A DNA stretch of 64,000 nt from Pseudomonadota bacterium (GTDB taxonomy: Bacteria > Bdellovibrionota_B > Oligoflexia > Silvanigrellales > Silvanigrellaceae), in contig JBDLRP010000001.1 in the NCBI GenBank assembly GCA_039799905.1, positions 32,001 to 96,000 on the forward strand. The letters run 5' to 3'. The translations under genes were made by a program, and so were the position numbers. Positions 12,128 through 22,241 of this stretch are shown here, piece after piece; positions within the stretch are counted from its first letter, which is position 1, and every line of letters begins with the position of its first letter. Below the pieces are notes generated by a model. That model was given only the letters and a program-made list of their open reading frames with translations, did not search any database and was not told the origin of the DNA.

Positions 12128-12715
12128 ATGGCGTTCTGGGCGAAGAAAAAACCAGAGCAGGAGACTGAAAAAAAAGACGCGGGAGCGAATAACCTTCTCA
12201 GGAAGAAGGATGATAAAAAAAGCGCTCCGCCGAAACGCATCGACAATCTGCGTATCGCGCAGAAGCTTCAGATCAGCCTGCGGAGTCTCGGCACCGGCAA
12301 TGAGTATCACTTTCAGACAAAAGATTTGTCCGCCACGGGGATGTTCGTCATCTGTTCGGACCACAAGCGTTATCCGTTCCTGGTCTCGAGTACGCTCCTC
12401 GAGACAATCGTGCAGCTCAACGCCGGCGGCGACAGCGAAACCTTCGAACTGAGATGTCTTTGCAAGATCGCGCGCATCGTTGACGGACAAGTCAAAGGAT
12501 TCGGCGTTCGCATCATTCAGATATCGCCAGACCAGAAGCAAACTTTGGAGCAGTTTATTGCCAAGCATGGTTCGCCCGACAACTTCGTGCCCTATTCCGG
12601 TGGCGGAGCTCCCGCAGAGCAGGGCGCACCACCTCCTCCACCAGTTCCGCAAAATCGCGAAAGCGGGGAAATCGGGCAAGACACGTCGCAGCAGGAGTTG
12701 CCAACGAGCGCATAA
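12128..12715 (+). CDS. PilZ domain protein
   Basis: KRIDNLR (RxxxR-like), DLSATGMF (D/NxSxxG), IARI...GFGVRI; Pro-rich tail; GGAGG RBS. Confidence 0.8.
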   Translation: MAFWAKKKPEQETEKKDAGANNLLRKKDDKKSAPPKRIDNLRIAQKLQISLRSLGTGNEYHFQTKDLSATGMFVICSDHKRYPFLVSSTLLETIVQLNAGGDSETFELRCLCKIARIVDGQVKGFGVRIIQISPDQKQTLEQFIAKHGSPDNFVPYSGGGAPAEQGAPPPPPVPQNRESGEIGQDTSQQELPTSA

Positions 12716-12840
12716 CGAAGACAATCCCAATTGCAGGGCCGTCGGCGGCAGTAAAAGTTAAATTGCCCCGACGGCCAATTTCGTGTACGAGTCCCCGCAG
12801 GGTGCAACAGCACCGTACTCAAGGCCATGGGGAGTCGACG

Positions 12841-14496
12841 ATGATAACTTCATTCAAGTTCACAGCATTGGCGCTCGCGACAGCAGCGAGCGTTTTTAGT
12901 TTCTCTGCCAACGCGCAGCAAAACTCGCAGGCGGATCGGCGCAACAATCAAGAAGTGTTCGTCAACATGGGCGATGAACCGCCGAGCATGGACCCAAACA
13001 AGGGCGTCGATGCGGTTTCATATTTCTGGCTTGGCCACATGTTTGAAGGCCTGATGACAACCGACAAAAACGGCAACATCGTTCCCGGTGCTGCAAGTCA
13101 TGTCGCCGTAAGCGGAGATGGAAAAACATATACATTTACCATCCGCCCGAACGCGAAATGGCATGACGGCAAGAAAGTCACAGCAAAAGACTTTGAATAC
13201 GCTTTCCAGCGCTTGGTTGATCCAGAATTCGCAAGCGAATACTCGTTCATCGCCATCACTGCACAAATTGTGAACGCAGAAGACGTGGTGAAGAAGAAAA
13301 AGCCGGTCAGCGAGCTTGGCGTCAAGGCAACCAACGACTCCACTCTCGTCATCAAGCTTGCCAATCCAGTTGCGTTCTTTAAGTCGATGATGTCATTTCA
13401 GGCGTTCTTCCCGGTGCGCAAGGATATCGTTGAAAAATATCGCGACAAATTCGCGACCAACGTGGAAAGCATCGTCGGCAACGGTCCGTTCAAGATGGTT
13501 GCTTGGAAAAAAGAAAGCTCCATGCGCATGGAGAAAGCCTCCACCTACTGGAATGCCGCCGCCGTCAAGCTGCGCGCAGTTGAAGCTCCCGTCATGCTCA
13601 AGGACAACGGGGCAGCATTCAACAACTTCCGCACCGGTGGTCTCGACATCACAGGACTCGACAAAGAGCGTCTCGAAACAGCACAACGTGAACGCCTGCA
13701 GGTCAAAACCTTCTCTGACGGAGCAGTGTTTTACCTCGAGCTCAACCAGCGTCAGGGCAAGCTGTTCTCAAACCAAAAGCTCCGTCAGGCACTGCGCATT
13801 GCCATCAACCGCCGTGAGTACATCAACAAGATCACAGGCGTGCCGGGCGACAAACCTGCGTTTGGGCTCGTTCCGGATTACATGCCGGGTGCATCAAAAA
13901 CTTACCGTCAGGAAGCAAAAGTTGATTACCGTGACGGCGACATCGCATCCGCCAAAAAGCTCATCAAGGAATATCTGAGCGAAACCAAGCAGAGCAAGGT
14001 ACCGAGCTTCTCGATTCTGGCTGGCGACTCCACTGTCGCTAAAAAGGAATCTGAGTACTTCCAGGACCTGTTGAAGAAAGTCTTTGAAACAGACGTCAAG
14101 ATCGATAGCGTTCCGTTCAAGACGCGTTTGCAAAAACAGCGTGACGGTCAGTTCGACATCGCATCGGGCGGCTGGGGACCAGACTACCTCGACGCAATGA
14201 CGTTCATGGACCTGTTCACCTCGTCGAACGACAACAACCATGGCGGATACGTGAACAAAAACTTCGACGAGCTGATTGCCAAGGCCCAGAAGTCCGGAAA
14301 CATGGCTGAACGCGTCAAGCTCTTCCACGAGGCCGAAAAGCAGCTCATCCTGACCGACTCGGCACTTGTCCCAATCATCCAGCGCGGCCGTGCATACCTT
14401 CTGGCGGAAGGACTGCAGAACGTGCGTCGCAACCAGATTGGACAAGACCCCGACCTGCGGTTCGCTTCTTGGAGCGGAGCATCCGCCAAGAAATAA
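12841..14496 (+). CDS. oppA: Oligopeptide ABC transporter substrate-binding protein
   Basis: Signal peptide; EPPSMDP, FEGL, DGKTYTFTIRPNAKWHDG..VTAKDF, GNGPFK, GWGPDYLD..TFMDLF. Confidence 0.95.
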   Translation: MITSFKFTALALATAASVFSFSANAQQNSQADRRNNQEVFVNMGDEPPSMDPNKGVDAVSYFWLGHMFEGLMTTDKNGNIVPGAASHVAVSGDGKTYTFTIRPNAKWHDGKKVTAKDFEYAFQRLVDPEFASEYSFIAITAQIVNAEDVVKKKKPVSELGVKATNDSTLVIKLANPVAFFKSMMSFQAFFPVRKDIVEKYRDKFATNVESIVGNGPFKMVAWKKESSMRMEKASTYWNAAAVKLRAVEAPVMLKDNGAAFNNFRTGGLDITGLDKERLETAQRERLQVKTFSDGAVFYLELNQRQGKLFSNQKLRQALRIAINRREYINKITGVPGDKPAFGLVPDYMPGASKTYRQEAKVDYRDGDIASAKKLIKEYLSETKQSKVPSFSILAGDSTVAKKESEYFQDLLKKVFETDVKIDSVPFKTRLQKQRDGQFDIASGGWGPDYLDAMTFMDLFTSSNDNNHGGYVNKNFDELIAKAQKSGNMAERVKLFHEAEKQLILTDSALVPIIQRGRAYLLAEGLQNVRRNQIGQDPDLRFASWSGASAKK

Positions 14497-14505
14497 CCCT
14501 GCCTC

Positions 14506-14538
14506 AAAGCCCTGAGAAATCAGGGCTTTTCTCTTTTC
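14506..14538 (+). terminator. Rho-independent hairpin between oppA and oppB
   Basis: AAAGCCCTGA-GAAA-TCAGGGCTTT followed by TCTCTTTTC. Confidence 0.8.
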
Positions 14539-14670
14539 TAATCAACTTGACCAGCGTTTGAAGTCGTGGCAAGACTCCTGATCTTTGCCAAAGGCCCCGT
14601 GGCCTTAGCTTGGTTTTATCGACTGCAATCAACATGCAATCCGTTGCATGCTTTTGTGAGGAAGGAAGCG

Positions 14671-15624
14671 ATGCGGCTTCTGCGTTTTATTTTTCAGCGC
14701 CTGATTCTTGCGTTTGTTACTTTGCTTGCTTTGTTCACACTGACGTTTTTTCTGATGCGCGCGGTCCCAGGCGACCCGCTGATGCGGACGAAGGAAATTC
14801 CTGAGGAAACACGCAAAAATCTCGAAGCGCGCTATGGGCTCGATAAGCCGCTTTACATGCAATACCTAATCCAGTTGAAGCAGGTCTTTATCCACGGCGA
14901 TTTTGGCACCAGCTTCCGCACGATCGGACGCGAGGTCAACGACATCATCCGTGAGCAATTTCCGGTCAGTGCCTCCATCGGCATCGTCTCGGTCTTGATT
15001 GGTGTCACCATTGGGATCGCGCTCGGTATTGTCGCGGCCCTGTTCCGCAACGGTCTCATCGATCGAACGGCGATGTTCTTATGCGTCGCGGGTATCTCGC
15101 TTCCGTCGTTTTTGTTCGCCTACATTTTCCAATATGTTTTTGCGGTCTGGCCGCTCACCACGATGAACATCAACCCAGACAGCTGGCTGCGTCCCGCTGG
15201 CTGGGGCGAACCGCGCGATTTTGTCATGCCCTCCATCTCGATGGCTCTGGGCATTGTGGCGTCGATCACACGCATGCTCAAAAGCCAGATGATTGAGGTT
15301 GGTTTCTCTGAATACGTGAAGACAGCCAAAGCCAAAGGTGTCTCGGTTTCGCGGCTGATTGTCATGCATCAAATCCGCAATGCAATTTTGCCGATCATCT
15401 CGATCATCTTCCCGATTCTCGTCTTCACGATGTCGGGCTCTCTCATCATGGAAAACGTGTTCGGAATTCCCGGTCTCGGCCGCTCGTACATGAGCTCCAT
15501 TCAGAACAACGACTACAACGTCATCATGGGCCTCACCGTATTTTTTGGCGGATTCCTGATCGTGATGAATCTCATCACGGACATTCTCTACGGCATTATT
15601 GACCCGCGCATTCGTGTCGGCTGA
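14671..15624 (+). CDS. oppB: Oligopeptide ABC transporter permease
   Basis: VPGDP, YGLDKPLY.QY, GDFGTSF, EAA loop EYVKTAKAKG, ENVFGIPGLG, DILYGIIDPRIR. Confidence 0.95.
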   Translation: MRLLRFIFQRLILAFVTLLALFTLTFFLMRAVPGDPLMRTKEIPEETRKNLEARYGLDKPLYMQYLIQLKQVFIHGDFGTSFRTIGREVNDIIREQFPVSASIGIVSVLIGVTIGIALGIVAALFRNGLIDRTAMFLCVAGISLPSFLFAYIFQYVFAVWPLTTMNINPDSWLRPAGWGEPRDFVMPSISMALGIVASITRMLKSQMIEVGFSEYVKTAKAKGVSVSRLIVMHQIRNAILPIISIIFPILVFTMSGSLIMENVFGIPGLGRSYMSSIQNNDYNVIMGLTVFFGGFLIVMNLITDILYGIIDPRIRVG

Positions 15625-15640
15625 AAAGGATTCACTTAAA

Positions 15641-17128
15641 ATGACACTGAAAACACAATCACCGCACGAGCTCACTGCCAACGACGCGCTGGCTCCGGAA
15701 CTCTTCAAGCCGCAGCCTGCGCAAAGTTCCGATGCCGAATTCCTCAGCCGCCCGGTGGTCGGTTATTGGAAAGACGCTCTTATCCGTCTCATGCGCAACA
15801 AGGTTGCAACCTTTTCGCTCGGATTAATCTTCACAGTTGGACTGGTCGGCGTTTTCGGTCCGCTGTTCTTCCCAAAAACAGAAGACGGCTCTCCGTTTGA
15901 AAACGCCCAGAACATGAACTTCATCAACCAGTCGCCAACGTTCGGCGAGAAGCTTCTCGTCACGGAAGATTCGGCTGTCATTCCCGACGATCTCATCATG
16001 GACCCGTTTGACACCACGGCTCCACTTCTTACAGCCGACAATCTCGTTGCTCCCAAAGGATTTGCCGTATCCGGCTTGGCAACAGTCAACGGCGTCACCC
16101 TCAAATGGGAACCCGTTGCCGGTGTCAGTGGCTATCAAATTTACCGCACTGTCGTGGGCACCGATTCTCTTGACCTCAAAACAGTCGAGAGCGACCCGCT
16201 GCTGCGCGGTGTGCAGGTCGGCACCATCACCAATCCAGCGCAATACAGCTATACGGACGGATCGGGTCTCAATCCTGCGCAGAACTATATCTACTCCATC
16301 GTGTCATACGTGACCGACCCAAACACCCAAGAGGAGTTTGGATCGCCACTAGCAAGCGTTCTTCAGACCGGACTGACACAAACAATAGCGTTGACCGATG
16401 CTCAAAACATCAAGAAAAATGCACAAGCCGGCGACGTCATTCGCGGCAACACCCACCTCTTCGGTACGGATGCCCTCGGCCGCGATATTTTCGCCCGCAT
16501 GGTGACCGGTACGCGTATCGACTTTTTCCTCGCTCTGCTCGTCCCGACTGTCTCCCTTCTGATTGGACTTTGCTACGGAGCCATCTCTGGACTGATGGGC
16601 GGCAAGGTCGACATGTATCTCATGCGCGTTGTGGAAATTCTCGACACACTTCCTGAACTCCTTCTTCTCATCCTGATTCAGGTCGCGCTCGGCAAGGGTG
16701 TTTCGAGCCTTGTTATTGCGCTGTGTGCCTTTTCGTGGACAGGCTACGCACGAGTTCTGCGCGGCGAGGTTCTCCGGCTTCGCGAAATCGAATTCGTCCA
16801 TGCGAGCAAGCTGCTGGGCGCCCCGCTGATGTCAATCGTATTTCGACATGTTGCACCCAATCTCCTCGGCATCATCATCGTGATGTGGTCGGCGCAGATT
16901 CCGCGCATCATTACATCGGAAGCGTTCTTGTCGCTCTTCGGACTCGGCGTTGAGGCACCAATGGCAACCTGGGGAACGGTATTGCAGGATGCGGCTGCAC
17001 ACTTTCAACAATACCCTGCACAGTTCTTTTTGCCGTCTGCGGTACTGGCAGCAACATTGCTCGCGTTCTACACGCTCGGCGATGCACTGCGCGACGCGTT
17101 TGACCCCAAACTTCGTGGCCGCGACTGA
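15641..17128 (+). CDS. oppC: Oligopeptide ABC transporter permease with inserted Fn3-like domain
   Basis: YWKDALIRLMRNKVA, HLFGTDALGRDIFAR, ARVLRGEVL.LRE.EFVHAS..LGA, GDALRDAFDPK; large insertion after TM1. Confidence 0.93.
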   Translation: MTLKTQSPHELTANDALAPELFKPQPAQSSDAEFLSRPVVGYWKDALIRLMRNKVATFSLGLIFTVGLVGVFGPLFFPKTEDGSPFENAQNMNFINQSPTFGEKLLVTEDSAVIPDDLIMDPFDTTAPLLTADNLVAPKGFAVSGLATVNGVTLKWEPVAGVSGYQIYRTVVGTDSLDLKTVESDPLLRGVQVGTITNPAQYSYTDGSGLNPAQNYIYSIVSYVTDPNTQEEFGSPLASVLQTGLTQTIALTDAQNIKKNAQAGDVIRGNTHLFGTDALGRDIFARMVTGTRIDFFLALLVPTVSLLIGLCYGAISGLMGGKVDMYLMRVVEILDTLPELLLLILIQVALGKGVSSLVIALCAFSWTGYARVLRGEVLRLREIEFVHASKLLGAPLMSIVFRHVAPNLLGIIIVMWSAQIPRIITSEAFLSLFGLGVEAPMATWGTVLQDAAAHFQQYPAQFFLPSAVLAATLLAFYTLGDALRDAFDPKLRGRD

Positions 17129-17175
17129 CAACGAATTGCAGGCAAGGCCGATGAGCCGCCGACAAGGAAAACAAC

Positions 17176-18282
17176 ATGCAGATTCAGCAAACTGAAAACA
17201 AGACACAACACAGGTCGGGAGCCGGCACAACTGGTGGGACATCGGCCGACAATCAAAAAATCCTCGAAGTGAAAAACCTATCGGTCAACTTTCGAGTTTA
17301 TGGCGGTCAGGTGTACGCGGTCCGAAACGTGTCGTTTCACGTTGGAGCCGGTGAATGTCTTTGTATCGTCGGCGAATCCGGTTCAGGTAAATCGGTGACG
17401 GTGCAATCGCTGATGGGACTCTCGAGCGGGCAAATCACTTCAGGTCAGGCACTCCTCAACGGAAAGGACCTCCTTCCGATGACCCAAAACGAGCGGCGCA
17501 AACTGCTCGGCAAAGACATAGCCATGATCTTTCAGGACCCGCTGGCGAGTCTGAACCCGACGATGACCATCGGGAATCAAATCGAAGAATCGCTCAAGCT
17601 TCACACCGACATGACGGCTTCGCAGCGCCACGCTCGTGTTGTCGAACTTCTCGAACTGGTGCGAATTCCCGAGCCCAAACGCCGCATCGATCAATACCCG
17701 CACGAGCTTTCTGGCGGCATGCGCCAGCGCGTCATGATTGCAATGGCGCTTTCGTGCAATCCCAAGGTTCTTATCGCCGACGAGCCGACGACTGCTCTCG
17801 ACGTGACAATTCAGGCACAGATCCTCGTGCTGATTCAAGAGCTGGCACGCAAATTCAACATGGCGACAATTCTCATCACCCACGACCTTGGAGTTGTGGC
17901 GCAAATGGCCGACCGAGTCGCTGTCATGTATGCGGGAAAAATTGTCGAGGAAGGCCCTGTCGACGAGGTTTTCTATGCATCAAAACACCCATACACAGTC
18001 GGCCTGAAACGGGCGATGCCCAAAGACTCCGGCTCTGTCAGCGAACCGCTGCAGCCCATTCCAGGAACACCTCCGGACCTCTTTGCGCCGCCGGCTGGAT
18101 GTGCATTCGCAGCGCGCTGTCCTGCAGCTATGTCTATTTGTCACCGCAAGCAACCGCCGGAGCAATCTTCCGCGGGCGTGAGGGCCTCATGCTGGCTTCA
18201 TCACAGTCACGCCGCGCAATACCGTGCGGCTGCGGGCGTCAACTCATTCGCCACTCAGCCTGAACAAGAGGTCAGACAATGA
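17176..18282 (+). CDS. oppD: Oligopeptide ABC transporter ATP-binding protein
   Basis: [52 protein letters not shown]-terminal Cys motif GCAFAARC. Confidence 0.96.
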   Translation: MQIQQTENKTQHRSGAGTTGGTSADNQKILEVKNLSVNFRVYGGQVYAVRNVSFHVGAGECLCIVGESGSGKSVTVQSLMGLSSGQITSGQALLNGKDLLPMTQNERRKLLGKDIAMIFQDPLASLNPTMTIGNQIEESLKLHTDMTASQRHARVVELLELVRIPEPKRRIDQYPHELSGGMRQRVMIAMALSCNPKVLIADEPTTALDVTIQAQILVLIQELARKFNMATILITHDLGVVAQMADRVAVMYAGKIVEEGPVDEVFYASKHPYTVGLKRAMPKDSGSVSEPLQPIPGTPPDLFAPPAGCAFAARCPAAMSICHRKQPPEQSSAGVRASCWLHHSHAAQYRAAAGVNSFATQPEQEVRQ

Positions 18283-19241
18283 ATCAGGCCCAACCCATCG
18301 TTGAAGTCAAAAACCTCTGCAAATATTTCGACCTCGGCCGCGGTGCAAAACTGCATGCCGTCGATGACGTTTCGCTGACCATTTACAAAGGCGAGACACT
18401 GGGGCTCGTGGGAGAATCTGGTTGCGGTAAGTCGACTCTCGGCCGCGTGCTCGTGCGCATGTACGACCAAACGTCCGGCTCTTACGTATTCGACGGAAAC
18501 AAAGTGCCCGCACATCTGAATTCTGCCGAGCGCAAGGTTTTTTCCCGCCAGGCACAGATGATCTTTCAAGACCCATATCAGTCCCTCAATCCACGCATGA
18601 CGGTTGGCGACATCATTTCGGAGGGGCCTGCCATCCATGGACTCTGGACAGGTGACGCGCGCAAAAAAGAAATTCTCCGCTGGTTGAACCGCGTAGGACT
18701 TGTCGCTGAACACGCCATGCGCTTTCCGCATGAATTTTCCGGCGGTCAGCGGCAGCGCATTGGTATTGCCCGCTCGTTGGCTCTCAACCCGCGATTTGTC
18801 GTCTGCGACGAGCCCATTTCGGCTCTCGACGTCTCGGTTCAGGCGCAGGTTGTCACGCTGCTGCAAGATTTGCAGCGTGAATTTGGCCTGACTTATCTTT
18901 TCATCGCGCATAGTCTCAGCATGGTGCGGTACATCTCAACCCGCATGGCCGTTATGTATCTTGGCAAACTTGTCGAGGTCGGCCCTAGCGAGGAGCTCTA
19001 CAACTCGCCTCTGCATCCCTACTCTGAGGCGCTGATTGCCGCCAATCCATTTCCCGACCCGGAGCGTGAGCGCCGCCGTGAACACAAGCTTTTGGGCGGT
19101 GAGATCACCAGTCCGGTGAATCCTAAACCGGGTTGCCGCTTCGCAAACCGTTGCCCCATCGCAACAGACCGCTGCCGCGCCGAAACGCCGGTGCTCAAGG
19201 AATCCAAACCGGGCAGATTTGTCGCCTGCCATTATCGCTGA
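18279..19241 (+). CDS. oppF: Oligopeptide ABC transporter ATP-binding protein
   Basis: GESGCGKST, FPHEFSGGQRQRIGIAR, CDEPISALDVSVQAQ, GCRFANRC, VACH; ATGA overlap with oppD. Confidence 0.96.
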   Translation: MNQAQPIVEVKNLCKYFDLGRGAKLHAVDDVSLTIYKGETLGLVGESGCGKSTLGRVLVRMYDQTSGSYVFDGNKVPAHLNSAERKVFSRQAQMIFQDPYQSLNPRMTVGDIISEGPAIHGLWTGDARKKEILRWLNRVGLVAEHAMRFPHEFSGGQRQRIGIARSLALNPRFVVCDEPISALDVSVQAQVVTLLQDLQREFGLTYLFIAHSLSMVRYISTRMAVMYLGKLVEVGPSEELYNSPLHPYSEALIAANPFPDPERERRREHKLLGGEITSPVNPKPGCRFANRCPIATDRCRAETPVLKESKPGRFVACHYR

Positions 19242-19313
19242 GGGGACTTCCCTGCCGCCCTCCGGAGGGTCATTCAAGCTTACAATTTAAGCAAAATGAC
19301 TCCGGAGGGCTCC

Positions 19314-20534
19314 ATGTCAGAACACCTGCCTGCGTCTGCGGTTCGGCAAATCAACAAACTCTACAACACGAAGGTGCTCAACAGAGCCCTCTTTCTGTTG
19401 CCAGCAGCCCTCCTGCTCGGCGGTTGCGGTTTTCTGGACGTCTACAAGAAACAAGAAAAGCGCTGTAAGGCGTTTTGCGACGCGGATTCGACCAAGCCCG
19501 AAGAAGACCCACCGTTTAATTTCGACATAGGCTATTGGAATCAAACAACGCCGCGCTCACAACTCGATCCCAACACCGAACTTGTGCCGCTGTTGCGAAG
19601 CAATCCAATGAAGCTGCTTGCCAACGCGTTGAAAACGGTTTCAGAAGATCTTGGCGAGGCCAAGCAGGCGATTGGCAAAACTCCAGCAACCACACAAACG
19701 GAATGCCTGAAAGAGGTGTTTACATCACCGTTCAAAAACACCGAAGGCCGCAGCGAGGGATCGCTCGACTACGGACGATGCGTTGACCTGCGCAAACTCG
19801 AGGAACGTCTGAACTCCAGTCGCAACAGCTCAACCGACGGAAAAATCAAAGTCATTGAACTTGATTCAGCGCTTCACCTGATTTCGCTCGGCAGGTTGCC
19901 GCTCGCAGCGGGCGGCGATGCGATGCAAGATGCAGGCTCCGGACTTGATTTAGCCAACGTATTGCCGTTCCGCTCCGTGAAGGCTGCCGATGTGGCATCA
20001 CCCAACGAAACACAAAATCTGAAATTCCTGCTTGTCCGCGGCAGTGTGCAGGGAACCGCTCTCGAGAAGGCCGGCACAGCCGGCATACTCAAAAAATCGT
20101 GGGGACTCCTGTACGCCGGCCTCGACGAAAATCAGCCGCTGCAGGTTGACTGGCAGCCCGCGCAAAACAACGTCAAAATCAGCGGAAGCATGGCCACACT
20201 CAGTGCTGCTTTCCAGCGCGCGACAACGCAGACTCAGTGGGACGGTTTTGGCTACAGCCGCGAGTTTATCTTTGCGAATTTCTCGTTCAGCGCTCCTCAA
20301 CTCGAACTGAACTCACAACTCGGATGGAGCGATCAGGCCGTCATGAACGGATCCTACTATCTGCGAATCAATGGAGACTTGGTGGAAGCAGGAGGACAAC
20401 AATCAAAACTGTTTCATATGAAAGCAAGTGGCCGCGCCTGCATGCTGGACGTCGGACTTGTCACTGGCTTTCAGGGCGAGACACCTGTCGAGCAGTCACT
20501 GGGACAAATTTCCATCTGCACCGCCACCAACTGA
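19314..20534 (+). CDS. Hypothetical lipoprotein
   Basis: Hydrophobic segment ending LGGC; several Cys; GGAGG RBS before ATG 19314 (start uncertain). Confidence 0.7.
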   Translation: MSEHLPASAVRQINKLYNTKVLNRALFLLPAALLLGGCGFLDVYKKQEKRCKAFCDADSTKPEEDPPFNFDIGYWNQTTPRSQLDPNTELVPLLRSNPMKLLANALKTVSEDLGEAKQAIGKTPATTQTECLKEVFTSPFKNTEGRSEGSLDYGRCVDLRKLEERLNSSRNSSTDGKIKVIELDSALHLISLGRLPLAAGGDAMQDAGSGLDLANVLPFRSVKAADVASPNETQNLKFLLVRGSVQGTALEKAGTAGILKKSWGLLYAGLDENQPLQVDWQPAQNNVKISGSMATLSAAFQRATTQTQWDGFGYSREFIFANFSFSAPQLELNSQLGWSDQAVMNGSYYLRINGDLVEAGGQQSKLFHMKASGRACMLDVGLVTGFQGETPVEQSLGQISICTATN

Positions 20535-20683
20535 GTCATCCGTTTTCGGGGGTCGTCAAAGATGTTCGGCAATGGCAGCCGCGACTCCCTTGAAAGTTTT
20601 GCACTTGTCGTGCTAGTGTTCGCTGATTATTCGAGTTTCCTTGAGAAATTCGCAGGTTGACACTGGCTTTCGGGAGAAAGACC

Positions 20684-21397
20684 TTGAATCCTAATTATGA
20701 AATTCTTGAACAAATTTATCGTCTGGATATCGATGCCGGCACTGCCACAATGGACTACAGAAACGCGCAGAAAGAGTTGAACGAACTCGCTAAGCGCACC
20801 AAGGCAAGCGAAGATCTCATCCACAAAACCAAAACCGATATGGCTTTCTTGGAAGGCGAACTCCGCCGCCAATACAAGCGTGTCGACGAAATCGAAGAGC
20901 GCAAGACCGAACGATCTGGAAAGCTCTTCAGCGCTAAAAACGACGATGAACACCGTGCCCTCAAACGTGAGGTCGACAACCTTGACCGCGACCTGCGCGA
21001 ATCAACCCGCCGCGCCGATGAAACCGAGGCGCGCATCGAGCAGCTCAAAACAATTCTCATCAAGGCAGAGGGCGACCTCAAAGAATCGCTGACAGCGACG
21101 GCTGATGAGCGGCAAAAAGCAGAAGCAGCAGAAGCCCGTTCCTCTGGACGCTTAAGCGAAATCGGTGGTGTGCGTTCAACCTACCTCGATCGTCTGGACG
21201 ACCGCATTGGCCAGCACTACGCGCGCATTTCAAAGCTCACACGTAATCCTAACGGACCGGTAACCCGGGTGATTGCTGGAGCATGTGGAAATTGCCACCT
21301 CAGCTTGTCTCCGCAGCTCCTCAACAACCTTGCCCGCGGCAAGGACGTCGAGTTCTGCCCAAGCTGCAACCACATTCTGCTCCCACAACAGAGCTGA
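20684..21397 (+). CDS. Coiled-coil protein with C4 zinc ribbon (CT398/HP0958-like)
   Basis: Long heptad region with K..DEHRALKREVD; C-terminal ACGNCH...FCPSCNHIL; TTG start after GGGAG. Confidence 0.88.
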   Translation: MNPNYEILEQIYRLDIDAGTATMDYRNAQKELNELAKRTKASEDLIHKTKTDMAFLEGELRRQYKRVDEIEERKTERSGKLFSAKNDDEHRALKREVDNLDRDLRESTRRADETEARIEQLKTILIKAEGDLKESLTATADERQKAEAAEARSSGRLSEIGGVRSTYLDRLDDRIGQHYARISKLTRNPNGPVTRVIAGACGNCHLSLSPQLLNNLARGKDVEFCPSCNHILLPQQS

Positions 21398-21405
21398 ACA
21401 GAAAC

Positions 21406-22146
21406 TCAGAGATAAAAATGCGATGCTTGATGTTCCATGCTGTAGCGCAGTAGGAATTTATCGAGCAGACGCTGTGCCTGCGCACCCACTCCGACAAAGC
21501 GGACTCCCACGCCTTTCGGGGTGTGTCTCACGACCTCGCCCTGCAGTTTCAAACTTTTACCTTCAATAGAAAAGCTCAGCTGGATCGGTGCTCCTAGTTC
21601 AATCACGCTTGAACCAGCGTCGACTGCCAAGTGAATTCCCTCGCTGCTCACATCGAGTGCAACAGCCTTCAAAGATTTTTTGTTCCACGCAACCTCAACT
21701 TCAAGACTCTGATAAACGCGCTCGGTGTCGCGCGCCTTCTGTGCAGAGAGTTTCTTTATCTCTTTGAGGTAACGAGGCCGCGGCGCTGGTTTCACAATGA
21801 ATGCGCTCGCACCGGCGGCCGTCGCAGCTTTTTTGAGTGAGATGTCGCCCGAGACACTCGTGACAATCACCTTCACCTCTTTGTTGCGCGCCGACTTGAG
21901 CAGAAGCGGAATCAATTCTATTCCCTTGCGTCGTGCAAATGCCGCGTCGATGATCACAATATCCACCCAGTCCCGCGCAATCACGCTCTCGGCTTCAGCC
22001 ACGTTGCCGCCGGCCACCACGTTAAACCCGACACTCGCAAAATAGCTGCGCTCGATTTCAGCCGTGACGCTGACGTCCTCAATAAGCAAGAGCGTCACCT
22101 GCTGTTCTGCGCCAATGGCGGGTTTGATTGATTCGGCAGCGGTCAT
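21406..22146 (-). CDS. Response regulator receiver + PilZ domain protein
   Basis: LLLIED...IVIID...IVTS...FIVKP receiver; RDTER and DVSSEG, GEVVRH..GVGVRF PilZ. Confidence 0.87.
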   Translation of the reverse strand: MTAAESIKPAIGAEQQVTLLLIEDVSVTAEIERSYFASVGFNVVAGGNVAEAESVIARDWVDIVIIDAAFARRKGIELIPLLLKSARNKEVKVIVTSVSGDISLKKAATAAGASAFIVKPAPRPRYLKEIKKLSAQKARDTERVYQSLEVEVAWNKKSLKAVALDVSSEGIHLAVDAGSSVIELGAPIQLSFSIEGKSLKLQGEVVRHTPKGVGVRFVGVGAQAQRLLDKFLLRYSMEHQASHFYL

Positions 22147-22202
22147 GGCGTAAACCCCTTTCTGCGGACAAATCCACGGGCCTCGATTCAGTTCATACGG
22201 GC

Positions 22203-22229
22203 GGTTCGGAGTCTTGTGGTGCAACTTTA
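22203..22229 (-). promoter_or_regulatory. sigma28-like promoter
   Basis: Minus strand TAAA-GTTGCACCACAAGAC(15)-TCCGAACC upstream of the REC-PilZ gene. Confidence 0.55.
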
Positions 22230-22241
22230 GGGTAACTTGCC

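Noticed and set aside
11996..12730. Long antisense or alternative-frame ORFs (for example 11996..12730-, 7495..8181+, 24897..25673+, 55216..55995+)
   Set aside because: They shadow well-supported genes and show no motifs or RBS; expected at this GC content.
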